A stretch of 53,146 nt of DNA, the filler included, from Streblomastix strix (taxonomy: Eukaryota), in NCBI GenBank assembly GCA_008636045.1. It is 3 parts of 3 records of this genome, joined end to end, with 100 filler letters (N's around TTAATTAATTAA, not from the genome) between each part and the next. Parts side by side here need not be neighbours in the genome. Positions count along the whole stretch, not along the records: positions 1 to 17,654 come from SNRW01000688.1; 2 more parts are not named here. One strand, 5' to 3'. Below are positions 1 through 15,200 of the stretch, one piece after another. Below the pieces are notes generated by a model. It was not told the DNA's origin. It saw only the letters and a program-made list of their open reading frames with translations, and made no database searches. The translations under genes and the position numbers were made by a program. The first letter of the stretch is position 1, and every line of letters begins with the position of its first letter.

Positions 1-1427
1 ATTAAGTCCAATGAAATAAATGAAATGGAATAAAGAGAAAAAGAAATTTGTGAAATTAATTCAAATTGTGAATTTATTTGGAATAGAATAATTCTATAAC
101 TTTAATAATAAAAATACATTTCTGAAATATATTCTTCTATTTCTCAATATATTTCCTATCAAACCCTCTTCATGATTAATATTCAACCACCTTTATTTAT
201 TGAGATGTAAAATCGAATGATTGATTTATCAACGAATTGCAACTTCAGTAAAAGTTTAACTTAAATTTTCAATGAATTCCTTATGAATATTTGTCAAGAA
301 TCCTAAAATGAAAATAAAATAAGAGAATAAAATGAGGATTAAGATAATAAATAGATTTAATAAAGGAAGAGAAGAAGAATTGATACTGAAGAAGTTGATG
401 AAGATGAAATATTGAAATAATAATAAAACGAGTATAATAATAATAATAATAATAATAATGAATAAACAATCAATTTGAGATAATTATATTTTATGAAAGT
501 TGGAGTGAGTTGTAATTCAATGAGAATAGGCGCTGAATTAATTACTTCAAAAATGAAAGGAAAAAGTATTTTTATGAACAAAAGAGGAGGTTTATATTCA
601 TTTTTATTACAATAATATAATTAATTCTTTATTTTATTTTATTAGCTGCTGTTTCTGTCGAATAAGCAGTTCTTCTTCATTTATCTGAAGATGAATAAGA
701 TAATTGGCACACACTTCGGAATGGAGACTCAAATTCATTATTTAATACTCTTTACTCTATTCTTTTATATAATGAGATATTTATTACACCTGGAAATACA
801 ATTAAATAAGATGATAAAAGAATGATTTCTCTTCCTCCAGTATTTTTAACTCCATTTTAATCATCTCCATTAGACTTCCATTATTCTTCAACTATTTTCT
901 TTCCATTAAGATAATCTGATATTATTTCAAAATGCAAATTCCTATCATAAATGAAGACAAGATAAGAAATAGAAAATTATGCGTTAGAATAGTGCATATT
1001 ACATAAAGATGAAATGATTGCTGGTGTTCGTTGGGATCGATTTGAAGGTTATCTATTGGGACAGATTGCAGGAAGATTTGGAGGATAATTATGTTCAGAA
1101 ATATGTTTATTAATGTCTTTATTTGGAGAAGAGATGAAATGTGGATTTCCAGATTTAATGCTTTGTAAAGGAGGAAGGAAAGAAATAAAAGAATAAGATG
1201 ATAAATAATTGGAAAATGACTAAGAAAATGAAACAATCGAGTTGAAAACAGAACAATAAAGATAAAATGAAAAACAGATTGAAGAAGAAAAAATATAAGC
1301 ATTTGATATTATGTTTGTAGAAGTGAAAGGACCTCGAGACCATCTTTCTAATGTATAGAAATGTTGGCTCAATACTCTTTCATCGGCTGGCGTTCGAGCC
1401 ATAGTCTGCCGTGTTGATGAAGAATGA
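1..1427 (+). CDS. FAN1: FAN1-like VRR-NUC (PD-(D/E)XK) nuclease, 5' truncated by the contig edge
   Basis: Code-6 translation with a GT-AG intron at 590-645 gives SVEQAVL, VFLTPFQSSPLDF, IAGVRWDRF, GFPDLML and FVEVKGPRDHLSNVQKCWLNTLSSAGVRAIVCRV, the typical FAN1 C-terminal motifs. TGA at 1425-1427. Confidence 0.9.
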
Positions 1428-1550
1428 TAACAAATAAATATAGTAGTTTTTTAATATAAATATTGCCAGAGTAAAATATTATTATGAATATTATTCATGG
1501 GAGCTGCGAATAATAACCCGATTCAAAACTTGGGCCTCCATACACGTGCG

Positions 1551-2178
1551 ATGCGGTTTGTCTATCTCCTTCCCTGCTAATTCTAACTCTTTGTATATTA
1601 ATTCTTTTATATGCCTGGTTTTTATCTGACAGAACTGAACGGTGTACGTTCTCGTGGCGCAAGATCTACCCCGGGCACGGGATTCGTTTTGTGCGAGGCG
1701 ATTCGCGGTTGTTCCACTTCTCTGGATCTAAGGCACGACGGTGCTATCAGATCAAGCGATCGTCGCGAAACACGGTGTGGACAGGGGAATGGCGAAAGGC
1801 GCACAAGAAGGACACAGCGACTCATCTGAAGAAACGTGTGCGCAAGCGCGCTGTGCGATTCCAACGTGATATTGTTGGAATGACATTGGAAGATTTACGC
1901 AAGGCTCGTGCGGGAAAAGTAATAGAGAAAACAACGGATGCTGAAGCAGCATAGAAAAAGTGTGTTTATAATTTCAATAATATTAATTTTGGTTTTATGA
2001 GCCGCTAATCAATAATAAATTAATATTTTTTTAAATATTTTTATTATTATATTTTTACCTATATTTCTTCAGAGAATTAAAAGAGCGATAAAAGAAACAG
2101 ACAGAACAGCAGCGAAAACAGAAAAAACAAGAAAAAAAAGGAGTTTTCCAAAAGAATGTAGCCCCCAAAGGACGTTGA
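1551..2178 (+). CDS. RPL24: 60S ribosomal protein L24 (eL24)
   Basis: Exons 1551-1555, 1633-1959 and 2073-2178 give MRTERCTFSWRKIYPGHGIRFVRGDSRLFHF...NTVWTGEWRKAHKK...RFQRDIVGMTLEDL...VAPKGR*. In-frame TAG/TAA read as Gln. Confidence 0.95.
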
Positions 2179-2638
2179 TTCTTATTCACTTCGCTTTTAA
2201 TGCTGTTCTCAATAGATCGTTTCACTGGATCTAAACCAATTTAAGTGATTATTTATATATGTTGACTAAGTTTATTGATAAATGATGATATAAGTGATGT
2301 GAAGAGTTAGGTTATAAAGGAAATAATAATTAGATACTCATAATTTTCATTAATACGTTTGCTTGCTGCTCGCTCTACTTGAATCTTTCTTTTAAGCTTA
2401 GAAAATCATTAAAAATTGGTTGACTTGCGCGCGAAGTTCATTGTTTTTTGTTTAAAAATTTTAACTTAAATAGAAATATATTTCTAAATTTAAATTACTA
2501 AATAATTTTCTTACTAAAAACATTTCTAGCCACAAATTGCAACAACTAATTAAAATCAAAGAATATTGCTAAGAAACTAATAATTATTTTGTTATTTATT
2601 TTTATTATTATAATTTTTATTTTAAGTATACATATTCG

Positions 2639-5600
2639 ATGAGTAACAACGATTCTGAAGAAGATATTGTTTGCAATATCTCTTTTCTTTCGTTTTTTTC
2701 TATTTTTTCTTTCCTTTTATAATTATATATCACTTTTCGAATAGGAAAATCCTCTTTATTTATAAAGTTTAGTGTAAACTATCCTTTAATCAAATGAATA
2801 AAAGATCCATGAAATTGTTGATTCTGGACTTCTTGATAAATTATAATAAATAGCAACTTCAAACCCTAATCATAATAATATTGTTGAAATTTCAACTGCA
2901 ATTTTTGCTTTACATTCAAAACTTAATAAAAATCAAAGTCTTACTCTCGCAGGATCTATCTCATAACATTAAGCTGCTTCAGTTTCATAATCTACAAGAT
3001 CATAAATTGATATTCAATCACTTTCTCATTCATCTCTCGATAGTTTAATTAAATCAGTGAAATCATAGAAAGATATTACAAATTAATAATCATTTATAAC
3101 CCTTAATTCTTATTTCTATAATGAATATTCTAAAGTTTGTTAGATATTGAACGAAGACTTGAACTTGAAAGAACAGCTTCGTGTTGGAATTATTAATTTA
3201 ATTAACACCAATAATGAATAAGAATTAAATTAAATACTTATTCATTTACTTCTACTTCTATCTTATTATCTTCATTATAACCCCATGGATGAAGAAGAGC
3301 AAATATCTAAGTTTTTAATATAGTAATTAATGCGCATTTCTGAAAGTATAAAATAATTAAATGAAAAAAGTTATGAATAATAATAAAATGAATTATAATG
3401 TGCTTCATCAATTCTATCTGGATTGTGCAATATATACAGTAGTCCAGGAAAATCATTCAGCAATGAAAATATAGAAGTTATTTTAAAAGCAGTGAAATCT
3501 ATTCTTGAATAAATGAATTAATCCAATACTGATTCTTAATTAGAAACAATAATACATTCTCTAATTAGTCATGCATCTAGAATAATTGAATATATATCTA
3601 TAAGTAGAGTTAATTAATTAGGTTTCATTCTTAATATTTGTTAATAGAATGGGTTAATTTATTCTATTGATAAGATTCTATAACAATTTGGAAGTGAAGA
3701 AGAAAAAGATAAGAAAAAAGAAATAAACAGATCAAAAGAATTCATTTTAAAGAGGCTGAGTGTTAGTATATGTTGTATTATATAATTGACTCCAATTCCC
3801 TAAGAAAATGTTGTATTTAAGACTTTAATTGATATGCTAAGAGCAAATGAAGACAAAAGTGAGTTTTAGAAATAATAATTGCTTCTTCCTTTTGATGATT
3901 ACCCAGTTGAGAAATAAAGGCACTTTGCGTCTGCTGTAATATTACAGCTTGCAAAGAGAGAAGGTTTCATTGCAAATAAACAAATACAAATTATATTTAT
4001 ATGATATCTTTTGTTTGATATGTGTTTATATTCATATGTTTATATTCATATTTCAATTATTATATTATCCATAGAGAATCATGATTACATTGTTGAGCAC
4101 AACTTCTTGGAAAACCTTGTTCCTCTGCTAAGGTTTTTATATATGATAAAATGAAAACTGTGATTTTCATGACTAATTTTTAATATAAATTGAATTTGTT
4201 TCTATACATTTTTTAATATATTTTACTTAATACAATTATTTATTATAAAAATATTTATTTATTTTATTTTAGCGATTTGAATCCTCGAATCTCTTCAAAT
4301 GCATTCTGTTCATTAAACAATATTTTATTTGATGATGTAGATTAAAAATAACTTGAAGATGAAGGATCTTAGTTTGACAGAAAAGGTATAATAAATATAT
4401 GAAATATTACTAATAGTTTAGATTAATATACTTTTGTTAGATAATAATAATGTTTATTTTATTTTCTTTCATATAAGTATGCCATTACAGAAGGCGATTT
4501 GTAGGATCAAGTGATATCTTCAAAGAATTGAATCAGATATTTGTTAAATCTGTTTAGATAAAGAAAGAATAACAATCACAAATAGCTTCATAATCAACTT
4601 CTTCTGAGTTACAATAGAAAAGTACTAATCAGACCTTATATATCATTGATTAAGATATATCTGATGCTGAATTATAGAGAATAGAAAATGCTTTATTTCT
4701 TTTCAATGCTTTATTGACAGAGAAAATATCTCAACCATCTGTTATATAGCCATTATCTTTATCTTCTTCTTCTTCTTCCTAATCAAATAATTAAAAAGAA
4801 AATTTCACAACTTCACTTTAAATCGCTTTTCAATAAGCTCCAGAATTTGTGTATTCAATTTGTGGTCTATTCAATTCTTTTCTTCCTTATTTAGTATCTG
4901 AGATAGAACAATCATATTATCCTTAAGTATAATCTTATCTCTAATCATCATCACTATATTCTCTTTCTTATCTTCCAATCCCAAATCCAAAGGTATCATC
5001 AATTGGAAAGAATATTATAAGATATATTTTATCAATCATTGAATTAATATCAAGAAGTGAAGATGAATTTGTTATAATTGGAGTTATTGGTGAGTAGATC
5101 AAAGGAAAAGATCTGAATTAATTGAAGTTAAAAGGATTTGAAATAACAGAAAATGAATAAGATAAGTAGAAAGGAGATATTCTTATTGAAATTCTTTTGA
5201 ATGGAATAAAAGCTGCAACAATTGTTAGAAGAATAAGAACTTAAATTAGGAAAGATGATCTGAAAAGATAACAAGAATAAATTGAACATTCTGATTTGGA
5301 TAAGATCAAAAAAATGATAAAAACTACTTCTGAGCGGAATCAATAATTAGCTCCTACAATTCCTTCTTCATAATAATCGTCTGATAAGATTGATTCATAA
5401 ATCAATAACCTGCCAAATCTGGAGGATGATGATGAAGATGATTATCTTATCTTAAGAAAATTGAAATAAAAAGAAATATTTGAATTAATCCGTGAATTCC
5501 TTATGGGTGTTGGTGAATAATGTGTTGTTTGTCTACACAATATTGCAATAACTGGCTCAGATGCAGCTGATAATTTTGATTAATTAGAAAAAAAGAAAGA

Positions 5601-6680
5601 AAATGGAGATATTAAGAATCCAAATATATTTGCACAAAGATTTATGAGATCTGAATCGAATGCATTTAACATTCTTTCTAACTATGTATAAGTTGGGATT
5701 GAAGAAATGGATGTTATAAGATAGAAGAATGAAAGAAATGGGAAATAATAGTAAACAAACAATAATGAGAAGAATAAAAAGAAGAAATTGAATAAGTTGA
5801 AGAAAATGAATGATATAGAAGATATATTGGGAGATAAAGATGAAGATGAGCAAATGGATGATGATGAAGAAGATGATGATATTAAAGATGATGATGAAAG
5901 AAGTGCTTGTATTATTGGATTGATGCTTCGTGCTTAGAGAATTCCAAATTCTCTTCTTATAACAGATTAAACATCATCATTTATTTCTGAATCATAATCA
6001 CTTTCTGATTAGTCTATTACATCAAAGACTTCTATTCCTTCACTCATTAATATTCTCCTTAATAGAATTAATTCTGATGATGGATATGCAATGCGAAATT
6101 GTGTGTAGGCAATATTGGCTTTATCTGAGAATAAAGGTATAAAATTGCATCATTATTATTATTATATTTCTTCATTTATACATTTAATTAATTTTATTTT
6201 ATTATAGATAACGCAATGCTGATCATTAATAGGGGATTTATTCCAAAATTAATATTTCTTTTGAAGTATAATCTATATTTTTATATAATATTTTCCTTTA
6301 ATTTAAGTATCATTATTTTGTTCTATCTATTATAATATTATTTTATATATTCCAGTAATCCTTCAGATGCTGAAATAGTGGTTTTCTCTCTTAAAACTCT
6401 TATTAATATATTGGAGAATATTATTGATGATGTTTAAAAGAGTAATAATAAGGAAAAAGTGAAAGAAGATATTGGTTAGTAGAAACTTATTTATGGTGAT
6501 ATTGATGAAGAAATTAATGACAGTGATTTTCCAGGAAACTCCAGACTTCATATACCAGTCGCAAACATTAATTTGATTCTCAAGAAACTTCAAGCGCCAT
6601 ATCAACCATATGAGCTTATAGAACTTGCAAAAAAAGCACATGATCTAGTTATCAAGGCTGGTTCTGCATTTCAATATTGA
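2639..6680 (+). CDS. Large multi-exon protein, probably ARM/HEAT-repeat-like
   Basis: Long code-6 exons separated by AT-rich GT-AG introns. Helical-repeat-like segments include FLENLVPLL..NPRISSNAFCSLNNIL, CVVCLHNIA, CVQAILALS and LIPKLIFLL. TGA at 6678-6680. The gene is well supported; the family call is tentative. Confidence 0.6.
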
Positions 6681-6989
6681 TTGTAATACAAGTAAGAGGT
6701 TAATATTGTTTTTAATTGTTGTAGAATTTGTCTAACTTTTAAATATTTAGATAATAATTAGAAAATTCAATTCAATATTTATTTCAATAACATAAAAATA
6801 TTCATGACAAGTGAGAAAAACAATTTATAATTTTTATTGTCTTGTTTTACATCAACACTGTAAAGATCCAAATGCTATATTCATTTTTCAAATTTATTAA
6901 TTTTTATATAAATCAATTACTTATAAAATATCAATTTTTACAACAAATTTCCAGATTCAAATAATTTTTTTATTTTTATGTATTTTAGG

Positions 6990-7818
6990 ATGTTTATTGC
7001 CTTCATACTTATTTCTAATATTTAATCTTTACAAACTTGTATTGAAGGATCATATATTGATTGTGATTGTCCAGAAGATGAATCATTCACTGCTGTATGT
7101 AAAACTGCATAAACAGGAGAAGATGTTTAAAGTGTCTGTGAAAGATAACCATTACCAATTTGGATACTTGTATTAATTATCACTATGAGTATTATTGTAT
7201 TTCAGTTATTAATCATAATTCTTATATTAGTTGTAAAAATTGTGGTATTTATTAAATATGAAATTTTATTTTTTATTATATTTTTATTATTTAAATTTTT
7301 TATTTTAATTTGTAATAATTTTCTTACAGAATCAGAATCGTGGAGTGAAAATTGCTCCATCTCAACAATAATAAACACAGATGTAATCAATTTCAACTCC
7401 ATAAGTTTAATAAAATTATGTTTCATCTCAACTTCCACTTCAATAATAACATCTAAACTATCAACAATAATAATTTTAACAATAATAATCAGTTTATGAA
7501 AAACAAACAAAGCCTAAAAAGAAGATCAGATCCCCTCAAAGATAAGAAACATCGAGTAGTGAATCATAAGGAGAAGAAAAATCTGATATTCAATCACCAC
7601 CAAATGAGTAGAATAAACCTCGTAATAGACGAAAACAATAAAATAAATAATCATAGGAGTAAGAATAGGAATAAACTGAAGAAACTGAACAGAAACCTCA
7701 ACAGAAAAAATAAAACCATAAAAAGAAACAGCGAGCAAAGAAGAAATCAAACCCACCAATTATTCAAACTCCTCCAAATGAAGGATAGACTGATAATGAC
7801 TTTCATAGTGAAACTTGA
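6990..7818 (+). CDS. Predicted single-pass membrane protein (signal peptide, short Cys-rich ectodomain, Q/E-rich tail)
   Basis: MFIAFILISNIQSLQTCIEGSYIDCDCPEDESFTAVCK...VCERQPLP, then hydrophobic IWILVLIITMSIIVFQLLIIILILVV, one intron ending at about 7330, a low-complexity tail, and TGA at 7816-7818. Confidence 0.75.
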
Positions 7819-7998
7819 TCAATACACCTCAATACTTCCATTCAAATTAAATTTTGTGATTTATTATTCATTTTCAAGTTCTTTTACTTTTATTTTAATA
7901 AAATTCAAAACTTAATAAATGTACTATAAAATAGTTGCGTTTCTTTTTTTCACCAATTTATTTTTAATTTATTGTGTGGAAAATATTAGAGAAAATTG

Positions 7999-8586
7999 TC
8001 AATTATAACTTGACTTGAATAAGATTATAAAGTCTATTGGAATCTTTAAATCATCCCACTTCTTCGTATTGAACTCAAATTGTATTCCCAGCCTTTCATA
8101 ACTTATCCAAACATTTATCAATGGCGGTCCACCTTTGCGATCTGGTTCTCCAAGGCTTATTATTAATTTAATTATAAACGCATAAAGTGGATATGAAGAA
8201 CAAATACAATAAATTTATAATATCAAACATACATGGAAACTATTTCATTGTTCAACATCCCCATATTAAGTTTAAATGGGAGAGAACCTTCATATTTCAT
8301 GAAGCCATCTTTATTTTCATTGTATAAAAATATACTTTCAATAGTTTCATTCTTCCCATTCACAAAGATTTATATCCCTCGTTATTTCCAAGTAAGATAT
8401 TGATCTAAGTTTTGATATTTCTTCACATCCAAAGTCGCTTCATTGAAGAAAAAAAATAGTATAAGAAATTGATTAAACACACAAATAATATCATTAAATA
8501 CTTCTACCTAGAAGATCAATTGTAGTTTATACATGCGGATCTATTAATTTCTTTTCTATTAATGAGTTAAGTTATGAAAAATCCAT
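7999..8586 (-). CDS. Hypothetical protein (3 exons)
   Basis: MDFSQLNSLIEKKLIDPHV...ESIFLYNENKDGFMKYEGSLPFKLNMGMLNNEIVSILGEPDRKGGPPLINVWISYERLGIQFEF...FKSSYN*. An upstream exon near 8731-8789 may extend the N-terminus or be 5' UTR. Confidence 0.7.
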
Positions 8587-9211
8587 TTTCCTATAAAAAA
8601 TAAATAATAAATCATTAAAAGTTTCAATTTTCAAATGGGAGCTTTTCAATAACATTTAACTTATTGAAATTTATATATAAAAATAATATAAATCAATTGG
8701 TACTAATCCCTCCAGTCACCCCTTCCAAACCAGACCTTCCAAAATTATTCGAGTTGCGTGGAATGGGGCCGAAATTCAGAAAATAGCATATTATCACTTA
8801 TTTTAAACTTAAAACGAGCTATAATATATTTATATTAATTATTATTTTATTTAAAAATAAACATACTCGAATCTTCAAACGTCAATATTTGGTTATGTTC
8901 TTTTTCTTCATAAGTTATATACTAACTGTCAAATTATAAGTATAAAAATTATTAAAATATTTATATCAAAATTAATAAATATTTATCATTAATATTAAGA
9001 CAACAATTAAGCTGATAAATATTCATTTAGAAAAAAATCTGATTTTCCAGCAAAATTGGAGATATTTCTCTATTTTTTATTTATTTTTACATCGGATATA
9101 TAGTTTAAATAGTTTTTAATACAAAATTTTATAATATACATTAGTAATGATAACGATTCAATTAATTTTCATTTATTATTTTTATTTTTTAAGTTTGTAG
9201 ATATAGTCGAA

Positions 9212-12200
9212 ATGACTGATGCAAATTCTGCCCTTTAAGCTGCGCTTAAGCGTGTTGAATACCTTTGTGACTCGAAGGATAAGGAAATAAAAAATGAACT
9301 GGAGTCTATGAGAAGTACTAGTGCATCAAAATTGTTTCTGGGAAAGTATGTTCATATTTCTTGCAACCTGGCATTAATTAATTTGATAATTTTTGTAGAG
9401 TGCCTGCCTTACTGATGATTCTTGCTGAACTCTGTTAACGGAAGAAAGTAGAAATGGTTGATGCATGCATTGAATTAATTTCTGTGTGTTTTGTAGAGTA
9501 ATTGGAATATCTTTTTATTTTTTAATAACTTATTATATTATTTATTATCATACAGAGACTGGCTGAGAATGGCGTATTGCGTGGAGAGACAAGCACTGAA
9601 GATGGAAATGCGACCTTACCAATCAGAAGAGCACTCGATATCGTATATTCAAATATTGGTATTGAAAAAGCTCATACATAACAGCTAGTATTGAGAGTTT
9701 ATGCAGATATTATGACATCTGGGTATTATTCTATAGTGCATATTAATGCTTTTGCATAGGTATTTGTACATATATCATAAATATACGTAGATCCATGCAC
9801 CCCAGAAATAAGAGAATCATCATTAAGAACTCTATAATTCCTTTGTTTGCAATTCTTCTAGAAAATAAATCCCATTTAAAATTAAATCAATTATATGTCC
9901 CCAAACACAAATTTTAATATTGCTTTATCATCAACCTCATTATCAGTATAAACTAATGACGATATAATATAATCATCCTAGAATAGAACATAATCAATGA
10001 CAGATTGTGAGAAATTGTTTAAGTTATTAATTCAACTTTCTTTATTAGAACCTGGTAGAATCAATCCCTTCGCTTTATTGTCCATAAAAGAATCTACTTT
10101 ATCTTCTAATTAAATTTAATAATAATAACTAATTGTAAATTCTTAATAATCTAATTTCTCACTTTCTACAATTCTCAATTAAGAAGATAAAGATAAATAA
10201 TTACCTTAAGATTTAATATAAACTACATTAAAATACAGGACTGTAGCATTACATATTCTTATGATGATCATAATAAGACATGGTTAATTTATTTCAAAGA
10301 ATCAAAATCTGTCAAAAGTTGTTTAATTTGAATTAATTCCTGCCATTCTAAATAATGCTGGAGTACCAAATACAAATATTTTTAGATATTCAGCTGCACT
10401 ATTCACAGAAATACTAAAAGAGTTTAAACTACAATTCTATAGAGAAACTGAATCACTTTTCATCCTCTTTTTGAGGGTTATCGAATAATAAGACACATAA
10501 ATACCCGAGAAAATAACACTTCTTTATCTACTTAAGTAATCATTATTCAACGATGGATAATTACTATGCGATATATTCTTGAATTATGACTGTAGAATAG
10601 ATGCTGCATCAATATTTGAAACATTAATATCTTCAATTTCTAATCTTATTATTTACTATTCTAATTCTTAAACATTTTCTCCTTCATCTTCTTCTTCAAA
10701 TTATATTGTTTTATATAAGTAGAATAATAAAAATATTAAAATTTATATTGATTAAGATGATGAAGATAATACTATATTTAAATTGAATGATTAAAGCTCA
10801 TCTACAAATATAAATAAAGAAAAAAATAATATTTAATAATAGATTAATACTTTACAATCAAAATCAAGTACATTAGCAAAATAAAAATTGATGTTTTAAA
10901 AACAGTAAAATGAATCAAATTAATAATAATTATAGAATCCTGATATTTAACATGTGAAAGTGCTTGCTCTTTAATGTTTGTCATCATTTATTCAAGCTCT
11001 TTATTCATTCTGTTCATTAACTTAGTAATAAATATCTAATGATGTTTAATATAATGAATATGAATAAGTTTAGTAGAAAAATATAAATCCATTAAAATAA
11101 TTCTAGTAATTATAATTGTAATTATATTCCAATTAATCTTAAGAAGATTTAAAAACGGTTAGATTTGATGATGGAGGTAATATATTAACATCTTAATTCT
11201 TTGATAATGAAAATTTTATGAATGAATAAGGAAAGGGAAAAGAAAAATAGCTTTACATATTAACATCTAAAAATTAATCATTACAAAAGCAATAATAATG
11301 ATAACCATCTTCATTATCTTCATCTTCATCTTCATCTCATCATAGATAAACTCCTCATTCTCCTCCAACTCCACCAAACTAACCAATTAATTCATTTAAT
11401 TAGAATGACTAATTTGTTTAATTTGAAGACTTGGAAAATAATGAAAATGAAATATAATAGGATAGTAACAAGAAATAAGGAAGATTATTCCCAATAAAAG
11501 TTCAAGATGAAGAAGAATAATAAATATAGCAATAAGAAAAGAAAAAGAAAGAAGACGATGATAAAGAAAGAAGAAGAATAAGAAGATTAGAAAGAAAGAA
11601 AAGAGATGAAGAAAAGAAAGAATAAGAATAAAAGATAGAATAAGAAAAAGAGAAGAATGAATTATTAATATAGAATGAATTATAGAAAGAAGATATTCCC
11701 TAATTATTAAATGAGTAATAAGAATAAGAATAATCTCCAATTAAACAACATTAATTATTATAATTATAATCTCCATCTTCTTAATCTTAGTCATCTTAGT
11801 AATAACAATAACAATAACAATAATAGTAGCATTAATAACAATAATAAAGATTTAATCCTTTAGCTAAACAACAATCATTTATTACATTAAATTTAAGAAA
11901 GAAATAAATTATTACTTCTTAATATTTATCCCCAAGATATACAAATACAAATACAAATACAAACACATTAACTTCATATTCATAAACATTAAAATATTAA
12001 AAACCATAATTGTCTCCTTTATCATCATATTAAAATGATGAATTCAATGATTAAGATTAATAAACTCAATAATAAGAATAATAAATGAAATTATAACAAT
12101 TGAAAATAGGTGCAAATAGAAGTATAAGAATATAATATAGTAGATATAATTTTAAGAAATAATCAACACTATCTGATTTACCAACATTATCTTCTAATAT

Positions 12201-15200
12201 ATATTTTAATAAAACAATGCCTGAGAAAAATTAAGATTTACAGAAATAAGAATAAGAATAAAATAAAGAATAAGAATAAAATAAATTATAAGAATAAAAT
12301 AAAGAATAAGAATAAAATAAAGAATAAGAAAATAAGATTGAAAATAAAGTAGAGAAAGATGATTAGGTATAATTATATAAAGAAAATGTTGATGAAAAAG
12401 AGAAAACCATTTTGAATGAAAAAGGATAAGATAAAGAAAATATTAAAGATTAGAATGAATCAATAGAGTAAGAAAATGAAAAAGATTTAAATAAAGATAA
12501 ATAATAAGATAAAGTAAAAGAGATAGAAAAAGAAGTAATAAAAGAATAAGTATAAGTAACTAAAGATTAAGAGAAATAAAAAGTGAAAGAAAAAAGGAAG
12601 TTGAAAGATAATAAAGTTGACAACAAAGCAGTTATTCCAAAATTATAAATTCCATCCTAAGACAATTCTCCTCTTATTCCTCCAACTTTATAGAAACAGA
12701 AAAAAATATAAAGTTTAATTACATCTCCTTCTTCATCTACTGAATAATCACCATTGCATTAATAATCTCAATAAAACTAATTCTAAAATTCTGTATTATC
12801 ATCACCTGGATCTTAATAATAATTAAGAGATACATTAAATATTAAACAGAATTAATAATAAACTTAACAATTAACATTTTCTATTAAGAGCAAACAAAAG
12901 CAATTCTTATCTATTTAAGCAGAATAATAGCAGAAATAAAATCTCCGCGAGGCTGTAAAACTATTTAATAATAAACCAAAATTGGCAATATAATATTTGT
13001 AAGACAATAAAATATATAGTAAATAACCTTAATAAATAGCAAATTTCATTCATACAGTTGTTGATGGACAATTAGGAATAAGCAAAAGTAAATTAGGAGA
13101 TTTTTTTGGTGAAAATGATGAATTTATTAAGAAAACTTTGTCTTCATATATTCAATAGTATATAAAAATGAAAGGAAAGATTATTGATGATGCATTAAGG
13201 GTATTTTTATCTGAGTTTCGATTACCTGGTGAAGGACAAAAGATTGACAGAATATTGGAGATATTTGCAAAAGAATATTATGAATAGAATAAGAAAGAAG
13301 AAGAATAAGATGAAAAGAAGAAGGAGAAAGATAAAAAAGATAGAAAGGACAAAGTATAATAAGATGTGAATCAAGTTTCATTTCCAAATGAAGATGCTGT
13401 ATTCAGATAAATATATGTAATTATGATGCTGCATACTACAGCTCATACAATAAAACAAAGTAATGAAAAAGACAGAAAGAAATCACTAAAATAATCATAG
13501 AAGAATGCTTAAAATGATGCATATCAAAGAGCTATGCCTTTAGAACAATTTATGCAAATGTCAAAGGAGAATGGAATGAGCGAATAGTGGATAACTGCAT
13601 TATACAATAGAATAGTATAGAATGAGTTTAAATTGGTAGATGATGATGATGAGAGAGTCAAACTAGCTAAAGAATAAGAAAATAGAACACTATCTCCTTT
13701 AGCATTAATTAAATTGAATAAATAAAGAGCAGAAGAAGACAGAAGATTGCTCTCTAAAATGATGACAGAAAGATTAAGACAGCAACAACAATAGCAAATT
13801 CAATAGTAATAGTAATTACAGATGCAAGTATAATAGCAAAGAAAAAGAATAAGAATAAGAAGATAATCTTAAAGAATATAAATTGATGAAAGGGGAGAAT
13901 TCATTATTAAATAGAACAGAGAATAAAGAGAATAAAAAAGTTAATAAGAGAATGAAAATGAAGATTTGAATGAGGATAAATTAAGTAATAACATATATTT
14001 TAATTCGTATTAATAGAAGCAAGGAGAAAGAACTAAAAGAATGAGTATGGAATTGAATGTAAATAATCAATCTACATAACTGCAATAATATTCTTCATCC
14101 TCTGATCTTAGAGTAGCGCAACCTGAACATGTTAGATTGATAATGAAGATTATTAACAAATAGGTAATAGAAACAACACTAAATATAGTTGAATAAATAT
14201 AAGATAGTGATATATAAATTGAAAAAGAGAAAGAGAAAGAGAAGGAAAAAGCTAAGGATATATAGTAACTTATGAGTATGTTTATTTAGAACAGTAGTGG
14301 TAGTAGTAGTAGTAGTAGTAATAATAATAATAATTAAATATCAGAACAATAGTAATTAGATTAGTGTATGTCTATATTCAAATCCTTAATTTATATTACT
14401 TGTATTTTAGATATGGAGGAGGAAAAGAGACAAATAATATTATACATAATTAAATATTCAAAATCATTATAATTTTCACCAATAATATTATTAAATATAA
14501 ATATAAATGAAATGATTAATAAAATATAAAATAAATAGAATTATTAATTATAATTAAATTTGTAATTATAAAAAATTATAAAGAAAAAATAAATGACTTA
14601 TAAACATGTATATTTATTGGATGCTTTGGCAGATTGCATTGAAGATGATTAAAATAAAGAAAATAATAATTAAATTTCTTCATCAACATTAAATAAAGAT
14701 AAAATATAATAATATTAGTAGAACACATAAATCTCATATGCTTCTCATTTCAACTCACTTTCTCCAGTTATATTACAGTTAGTAATATAGTTGCATGAAA
14801 TATCAGAGTAAGAAGGAATATTTTAATAGGATGCTTTCAATGACTTTGAAAGTTCTGTAGAAATTGCATAATAAATATAATAGCAATAATAAAACAATTA
14901 GAATACATTGAAATAATAATAGTAACCTCAGTCTTATTAATAGCCGTTGTTAAAATCAGATTCAATATAAAATTTATTATTAAACTAAAGTATTGCTTTC
15001 TTTAAGTAAAGTATTTAAAACAGTATTAAAGATATTATTAATAAAGATAAGAATAAAGAAAATAATGAAAAAGTGAAAGAGAATGAAAAAGTTATTGAAA
15101 AAGAGAAAGTTAATGAAAAGGAGAAAGATAAAGATAAAAATAAAAGCTCAATTAAATTCATAAATATTTAAGTTGAGGAATAAAAGAGACTTAAAAAATA

